From NCBI GenBank assembly GCA_018365815.1, contig JAGZJH010000001.1, positions 53,176-117,175 on the forward strand: a stretch of DNA of 64,000 nucleotides, in the 5' to 3' direction. The translations under genes were made by a program, and so were the position numbers. Shown one piece after another: positions 58,517 to 64,000 of the stretch. The notes under the pieces are model-generated. The model was not told the DNA's origin. It saw nothing but the letters and a program-made list of their open reading frames with translations, and searched no databases. The stretch is from Erysipelotrichaceae bacterium (lineage in GTDB: Bacteria > Bacillota_I > Bacilli_A > Erysipelotrichales > Coprobacillaceae). Positions within the stretch are counted from its first letter, which is position 1. Each line of letters begins with the position of its first letter.

Positions 58517-61126
58517 TTATTTTAAATCATACCAATTTTTTGCATATGTGCCATCTGCTTTTAAAGAAACTTTTAACTCAATTGCTTCTTCCATTCCTGT
58601 TTTTACGATTTCCATCATTTTTTCTAACTCATCGCTTATGACATCAAAAATCAATTCATCGTGAACTTGAAGAATCATTTTTGATTTCATGTGATTTTCT
58701 TTCATCAAACGATCTACTTTAATCATCGCTAATTTTAAAATATCTGCTGCACTTCCTTGAATTGGAGAATTCATCGCTAAACGTTTTCCTAATTCTTGAC
58801 GCATGAAATTTTTTTCATTAATTTCATGGATATAACGTTTACGATTTAAAATAGTTGCAACATATCCATGACTTTTACAAAATTCAATTTGCTGATCCAT
58901 ATAAGTTTTAATTTCAGGATACTGCATAAAATATTTTTGAATAAATTCTTTTGCTTGGTAAACCGGTACCCCAATTTGTTCTGACAACCCAAAATCACTC
59001 ATTCCATAAATAATTCCAAAATTAACCGCTTTAGCTTGACGTCTCATTTCGCTAGTCACTTCATCATCACTGACATCAAAAATTTCAGTAGCAGTATGAG
59101 CATGAATGTCTTTATTTTCATTAAAAGCACTAATTAAAGATTGTACGTTTGCTAAATGAGCAAGTACCCTTAATTCAATTTGCGAATAATCAAATGAAAT
59201 TAAGTAATCATAGCTAGGAATAAATGCTTTACGAATCATTTTTCCTTCTTCGTTACGTACAGGAATATTTTGTAAATTTGGATCAATTGAAGATAAACGT
59301 CCGGTTTGTGTTAAAGCCTGATTATAAATGGTATGAATTTTATCATCAATAAATATTTGTTCTTGTAACCCTTTAACATAAGTTGAATTAATTTTACTAA
59401 TCATACGATAATCTAAAATATGATTAATAATTGGGTGAACATCTTTTAATTTTTCTAATACGTCAACGGCAGTTGAATAACCGGTTTTAGTTTTTTTACC
59501 ATTAGGTAATTGTAACTTTTCAAAAAGAATTTCTCCTAATTGTTTAGGCGAAGCGATATTAAACTCAACTCCTGCTAAGCCATGAATTGTTTTTTCTAAA
59601 TTTTCAATGCGTTCTTTAAAATCTAATTCTAACTTTTCTAAAACTTTTTTATCAATTTTTGTTCCTGTAAATTCCATCTTAGCTAATATTTTAGCGACCG
59701 GTATTTCCACTTCTTCATATAATTCATATTGATGATCTTCTTTAAGTTTAGAAATAACTGAATCTTTAAGCGTGTAAATGGCTTTTGCTTGTAAGCAAAG
59801 ATGTTTTGCAATCAACTCACTTTCAGGAATATGACGTTTAGCCCCTTTACCAAACACTTCTTCATCATACATCACGTCTTCATATTCTAAATAATCACAT
59901 ACATATTTGATTTCATCTTTTAAACTTGGATTTAAAATATAAGCCGCTAATTGTAAATCAAAACTATATCCTTTAATACTAATTCCATTCCACAATGAAG
60001 CCACTTGATGACGTTTAATATCATAACCAAATTTATGATAGTTTTCATTATTTAAATAGGCTTTAAATTCTTCATCATTTAAAGCATCTTCATAACTGAT
60101 ATAATAACACATTTCTTGATTATAAATGGCATAGCCTAGTACAATTGATTTATGATAATTACTATTATAAACTCCACTCACTAATGAAACATCACTTTGA
60201 ATGAGTGGCATTTTTTTAACAATTTCAAATTTGAATTCACTGTTTTTTGTTTTACTTTTTTTCATCGTTAATTTTTTTAATAAGCTATTCATATCATAAT
60301 GTTTATAAAAATCAACTAACTCATTTTCATCAAATTCTTTTAAACGATAGTTTTCTAATTCTAAGTCGATTGGAACATCTTTTAAAATTGTCGCAATTCG
60401 CTTTGATAAAATCCCTTGTTCAATATTATCACGAATTTTTTCACCCATCTTGCCTTTGAGTTCATCAAGATGTTCTTTTAAGTTTTCGATAGTTGAATAT
60501 TCTTTTAATAATTTTAATGCAGTTTTTTCACCTATACCAACAATTCCTGGAATATTATCCGCACTGTCTCCCATTAATCCTAATAAATCTCGCATTTGAT
60601 CTGGTTGTAAACCATATTTTTCATAAAATGATTGTGGTGTAATGGCTTCGTCTTCTTTGGTCTTCGTATTACGCTTATATACAGTTACATTTTCATTTAC
60701 AAGTTGCATCATATCTTTATCGCCTGTCATAATTGATACTTTATAACCTTGTTTAGAAGCATGAGTCGCCAAAGTTCCAATAATATCATCACCTTCATAT
60801 CCTTCTAATTCACAAAAAGGAATATGATGGGCTGTTAAATACTCCCTTACCAAAGCAAATTGGCTAATTAATTCTTGGGGTGTTTCTTTACGTGTTCCTT
60901 TATACTCTTGCATTAGTTCGTTTCTAAATGTTTTCCCTTTCGCATCAAATGCAACCACTACATAATCAGGATTATTTTTTAAAACATTTTCTAAACGATT
61001 GGCAAAACCAAACACTGCATTTGTGGGAATACCATCTTTATTAACCATTAAATTTCCCATTGCAGCAGTTGCATGGAACGCACTAAATAACCAGTAATTT
61101 CCATCTATTAATACAATATTTTCCAT
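58517..61126 (-). CDS. polA: DNA polymerase I
   Basis: 5'-3' exonuclease, 3'-5' exonuclease-like, and polymerase motifs (RRQAKAVNFGIIYG, QVHDEL). Confidence 0.9.
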   Translation of the reverse strand: MENIVLIDGNYWLFSAFHATAAMGNLMVNKDGIPTNAVFGFANRLENVLKNNPDYVVVAFDAKGKTFRNELMQEYKGTRKETPQELISQFALVREYLTAHHIPFCELEGYEGDDIIGTLATHASKQGYKVSIMTGDKDMMQLVNENVTVYKRNTKTKEDEAITPQSFYEKYGLQPDQMRDLLGLMGDSADNIPGIVGIGEKTALKLLKEYSTIENLKEHLDELKGKMGEKIRDNIEQGILSKRIATILKDVPIDLELENYRLKEFDENELVDFYKHYDMNSLLKKLTMKKSKTKNSEFKFEIVKKMPLIQSDVSLVSGVYNSNYHKSIVLGYAIYNQEMCYYISYEDALNDEEFKAYLNNENYHKFGYDIKRHQVASLWNGISIKGYSFDLQLAAYILNPSLKDEIKYVCDYLEYEDVMYDEEVFGKGAKRHIPESELIAKHLCLQAKAIYTLKDSVISKLKEDHQYELYEEVEIPVAKILAKMEFTGTKIDKKVLEKLELDFKERIENLEKTIHGLAGVEFNIASPKQLGEILFEKLQLPNGKKTKTGYSTAVDVLEKLKDVHPIINHILDYRMISKINSTYVKGLQEQIFIDDKIHTIYNQALTQTGRLSSIDPNLQNIPVRNEEGKMIRKAFIPSYDYLISFDYSQIELRVLAHLANVQSLISAFNENKDIHAHTATEIFDVSDDEVTSEMRRQAKAVNFGIIYGMSDFGLSEQIGVPVYQAKEFIQKYFMQYPEIKTYMDQQIEFCKSHGYVATILNRKRYIHEINEKNFMRQELGKRLAMNSPIQGSAADILKLAMIKVDRLMKENHMKSKMILQVHDELIFDVISDELEKMMEIVKTGMEEAIELKVSLKADGTYAKNWYDLK

Positions 61127-61138
61127 AATAATTCCTTT

Positions 61139-64000
61139 CTATTTTAATCTTTTTACTTGATAAACAGTTAATGATAAATTAGTTTTAAAAGTGATCTTTC
61201 CCTCAACTAAGCATATCGCTCCTTTAGTTAAAATATGACGGTACTTATCATAATTTTGACTAAATACTACCCCATCAATTTGATCATTTTCATCATTAAA
61301 TGTTACAAAACACATCTGTTGTCCATTTTTATCATTAATTACTTTTACACGAACAATACTTAAAACACTGACAACACTTTGACCAATGTGTTTTTGATAA
61401 TCCATAATATCAATCGTTTGATAATTTAATTGCTCTTTATAAAGAGCAAGAGGATGTTTCGTTAAATAGATACCTAAAACATTTTTTTCATTCTCTAATC
61501 TTTCTAAATATTGATCTTCTTCATATTTTAAAATCGGTTCATCTTGAATACCAATGGTATAAGTATAAGCATAATTTTCAAGTAACGCAATATTTTCTTT
61601 CATCATTTTTCTTGGATAATCAAACTCGTCTAGTGCTCCTGCATCAATTAAAGATTCAACGACTTTTGAAGAAATTTTATGTTTATAAATACGAACAAAA
61701 AAATCAAATATATTTTTGAATGATCCATGTTTTCTAATTTCTTCAAGTTCACGATAAGCCGCTTCTCCAACATTTTTTATTGCTGTTAAACTATATCGAA
61801 TATTTCCATCTTCAACTTCAAAACGATCTGTTGAACGGTTAATTGAAGGAGGCAATAATGCCACACCGTATTTTCTTCCTTCTTGAATTAAAGACAATTT
61901 TGAAGATGTTGAACCTGCTTCACTGGTAATTAATGCAGCAAAAAACTCTAATGGATAATGTACTTTTAAATAAGCCATTTGATAAGCAATATAAGCATAG
62001 GCGACTGAATGTGATTTATTAAATCCATAATTTGCAAATTTTTCTATTAAATCAAATACTTTTGTTGCTAGTTCTTTAGAATAGCCATTATTGATTGCAC
62101 CACTCATGAATTCATCTTTTAGTGATAGCATTAAATCTGATCCTTTTTTAGACACGGCTTTTCTTAATATATCTGCTTTAGACAAACTAAATCCTGCGAG
62201 TTTTTGAGCTACTTGCATAATTTGTTCTTGATATATCATAATTCCATATGTAGGTGCTAAAATAGAATCTAAATCAGGGTGTAATGATTCAATAGGTTCT
62301 AAACCATGTTTTCTTGCTAAAAAGATTGGAATATTTTCCATCGGTCCTGGTCTAAATAAAGCATTGGCAGCCACAATATCATTAAATGAACTTACTTTCA
62401 TTTTTCTTAAAAGTTGTTTCATTCCTTCAGATTCTAATTGGAATACTCCAAAAGTATCCCCCTCAGCAATCATTTTAAATACTTCATGATCGTTTAAAGG
62501 AATTTCATTTAAGTTAATCTCAATATTTTTATTAGTTTTAATCATTTTTAAAATATAATCAATCACCGTTAAATTACGCAAACCTAGAAAATCCATTTTA
62601 AGCAATCCCACTTCTTCAATATAGTCTTTTGAATATTGACTCATTAGTGCTCCACTTGGTCCTAAACAAAGCGGAATGACTTGATTTAATTTTTCTTTTG
62701 ATAAAACAACTCCTGCAGCATGTTGTGAAATATTGCGAGGAAGTCGTTCTATTAAAAAAACACTAGGCATAATATAGCGATAATCGTTATCTCGATCGAC
62801 CATTGTTTGAAACTGAGCACTTGTATTATACATTTCAAAAGCACTTTTTTTTAATTTATAAGAAGTCGGAACTAATGAAGAAAGTCGTTCAAGACGAGGT
62901 AAAGGAATGTTTATGACCTTACCTAAATCTTTAATCGCCACTTTAGGTCCATAAGTATTAAAGGTTACAACACCCGCTACATGTTCTTGACCATATTTTT
63001 CAATGACATATTTTACCACTTCTTCTCTTCGATCATCTTGAAAATCGATATCAATATCAGGCATTGAAACACGTTCTTCATTTAAAAATCGTTCAAATAA
63101 TAAATCATATTCAATAGGATCACAGTTTGTAATCCCAAGTACATAAGAAACTAAACTTCCTGCTGCCGAACCACGTCCCGGTCCAACTAAGATTTTATGC
63201 GTTTTAGCATATTTAACATAATCCCATACAATTAAAAAATAATCTGAATATTTCATTTTTAGAATGATATCCAACTCATGTTTCAAACGCTCAATATAAA
63301 CTTTAGGAATTTTCTTTTGACTAAAACGCTTTTTAAGCCCTAAAATACATAACTGTGTTAAATATTCATGACTATTTCCATTTTTAGGAACTGGATAAGC
63401 AGGTAAATACATTATTTTTAAAGGAATCGTGGCATTTAATTCATCTATTAAATTGATCGTTTCATCTATTAATTCATGATCAAATAATGCTTCCATTTCT
63501 TGAGTGGATTTTAAATATTTTTGATTGGTTAACAATTCATGTTTTTGATTAAAAGTCATTGATTTTTTTGAAGCATTAACTAAATCCAATGCTAAAGCAT
63601 CTTTTTTTTCCAAATAACTCACTTGATTCGAAACAACTATTTTAATATTCAAAATTTGTGCTAACGATTTAAGTTGCTGATTGACTTTTTCTTGTAATGC
63701 GATTTGATGATTGTGTAAATTAATATAAAAAGATTGGCCAAATAGTTGTCTAAATTTTTCTAAATAGCGCAATGCTTCATTATAAAGTTCTTTTGTTAAT
63801 AAACGTTCAATTAGCCCATTTTGTCCCGGTGTTAAAATGACTAAATGTTCTTTAAACTCTGCTAATTTTTCAATTGAATAATATCCTTCAACTTGAATTT
63901 TTGTAGAAATTTGACATATATTAAAATATCCTTGAGTATCTTTAGCTAATAATACAAATGGATATATTTCTTGATCAACTTCAATACTTGCTTCCATACC
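61139..64000 (-). CDS. dnaE: DNA polymerase III alpha subunit, C-terminal part (N-terminus beyond the window end)
   Basis: PHP/polymerase core motifs and an OB-fold region; ORF is open to the window edge. Confidence 0.85.
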   Translation of the reverse strand, partial: GMEASIEVDQEIYPFVLLAKDTQGYFNICQISTKIQVEGYYSIEKLAEFKEHLVILTPGQNGLIERLLTKELYNEALRYLEKFRQLFGQSFYINLHNHQIALQEKVNQQLKSLAQILNIKIVVSNQVSYLEKKDALALDLVNASKKSMTFNQKHELLTNQKYLKSTQEMEALFDHELIDETINLIDELNATIPLKIMYLPAYPVPKNGNSHEYLTQLCILGLKKRFSQKKIPKVYIERLKHELDIILKMKYSDYFLIVWDYVKYAKTHKILVGPGRGSAAGSLVSYVLGITNCDPIEYDLLFERFLNEERVSMPDIDIDFQDDRREEVVKYVIEKYGQEHVAGVVTFNTYGPKVAIKDLGKVINIPLPRLERLSSLVPTSYKLKKSAFEMYNTSAQFQTMVDRDNDYRYIMPSVFLIERLPRNISQHAAGVVLSKEKLNQVIPLCLGPSGALMSQYSKDYIEEVGLLKMDFLGLRNLTVIDYILKMIKTNKNIEINLNEIPLNDHEVFKMIAEGDTFGVFQLESEGMKQLLRKMKVSSFNDIVAANALFRPGPMENIPIFLARKHGLEPIESLHPDLDSILAPTYGIMIYQEQIMQVAQKLAGFSLSKADILRKAVSKKGSDLMLSLKDEFMSGAINNGYSKELATKVFDLIEKFANYGFNKSHSVAYAYIAYQMAYLKVHYPLEFFAALITSEAGSTSSKLSLIQEGRKYGVALLPPSINRSTDRFEVEDGNIRYSLTAIKNVGEAAYRELEEIRKHGSFKNIFDFFVRIYKHKISSKVVESLIDAGALDEFDYPRKMMKENIALLENYAYTYTIGIQDEPILKYEEDQYLERLENEKNVLGIYLTKHPLALYKEQLNYQTIDIMDYQKHIGQSVVSVLSIVRVKVINDKNGQQMCFVTFNDENDQIDGVVFSQNYDKYRHILTKGAICLVEGKITFKTNLSLTVYQVKRLK

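Noticed and set aside
60247-60459. 70-aa plus-strand ORF
   Set aside because: It is antisense within polA.

Overview
The window comes from a low-GC, spore-forming Firmicutes chromosome (sigF operon, Bacillus-like polA-mutM-coaE-dnaB-dnaI-pfkA-pyk order). Positions 1 to about 23.8 kb are the right-hand 24 kb of a temperate siphovirus-like prophage, whose left part lies beyond the window start. On the minus strand it carries a tape-measure gene, a chaperone pair with a programmed -1 frameshift, HK97-like head genes, terminase small and large subunits, an HNH endonuclease with a candidate cos site, a cold-shock moron, a small tyrosine recombinase flanked by 16-bp direct repeats, an ArpU late regulator, an A8-frameshifted DNA methyltransferase, DnaC-like and replisome-organizer genes with ori iterons, and an Arc-like ribbon-helix-helix (RHH) gene next to an antirepressor. 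A divergent cro/cI switch follows with repeated TCTACA-N3-TGTAGA operators. Downstream of cI on the plus strand are a candidate superinfection-exclusion membrane protein, a palindrome-controlled operon of two tiny membrane peptides plus an RHH protein, and an arm-domain integrase. The prophage abuts a truncated C39 peptidase gene. Host DNA then carries a PAP2 phosphatase, tRNA-Leu(CAA), a decayed group IIC intron inserted after a terminator, an orphan HprK-like 587-aa protein, signal peptidase I, dacF-spoIIAA-spoIIAB-sigF, several disrupted genes, a 1406-aa activase/dehydratase fusion, marR, def, a TPP-riboswitch-controlled thiM-thiE-HAD-thiD operon, a family 1 glycoside hydrolase (GH1) gene, an FMN-binding lipoprotein and Gx transporter family protein, an exonuclease-BRCT fusion, pyk, pfkA, dnaI, dnaB, coaE, mutM, polA and partial dnaE. 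No CRISPR array or rRNA is present.
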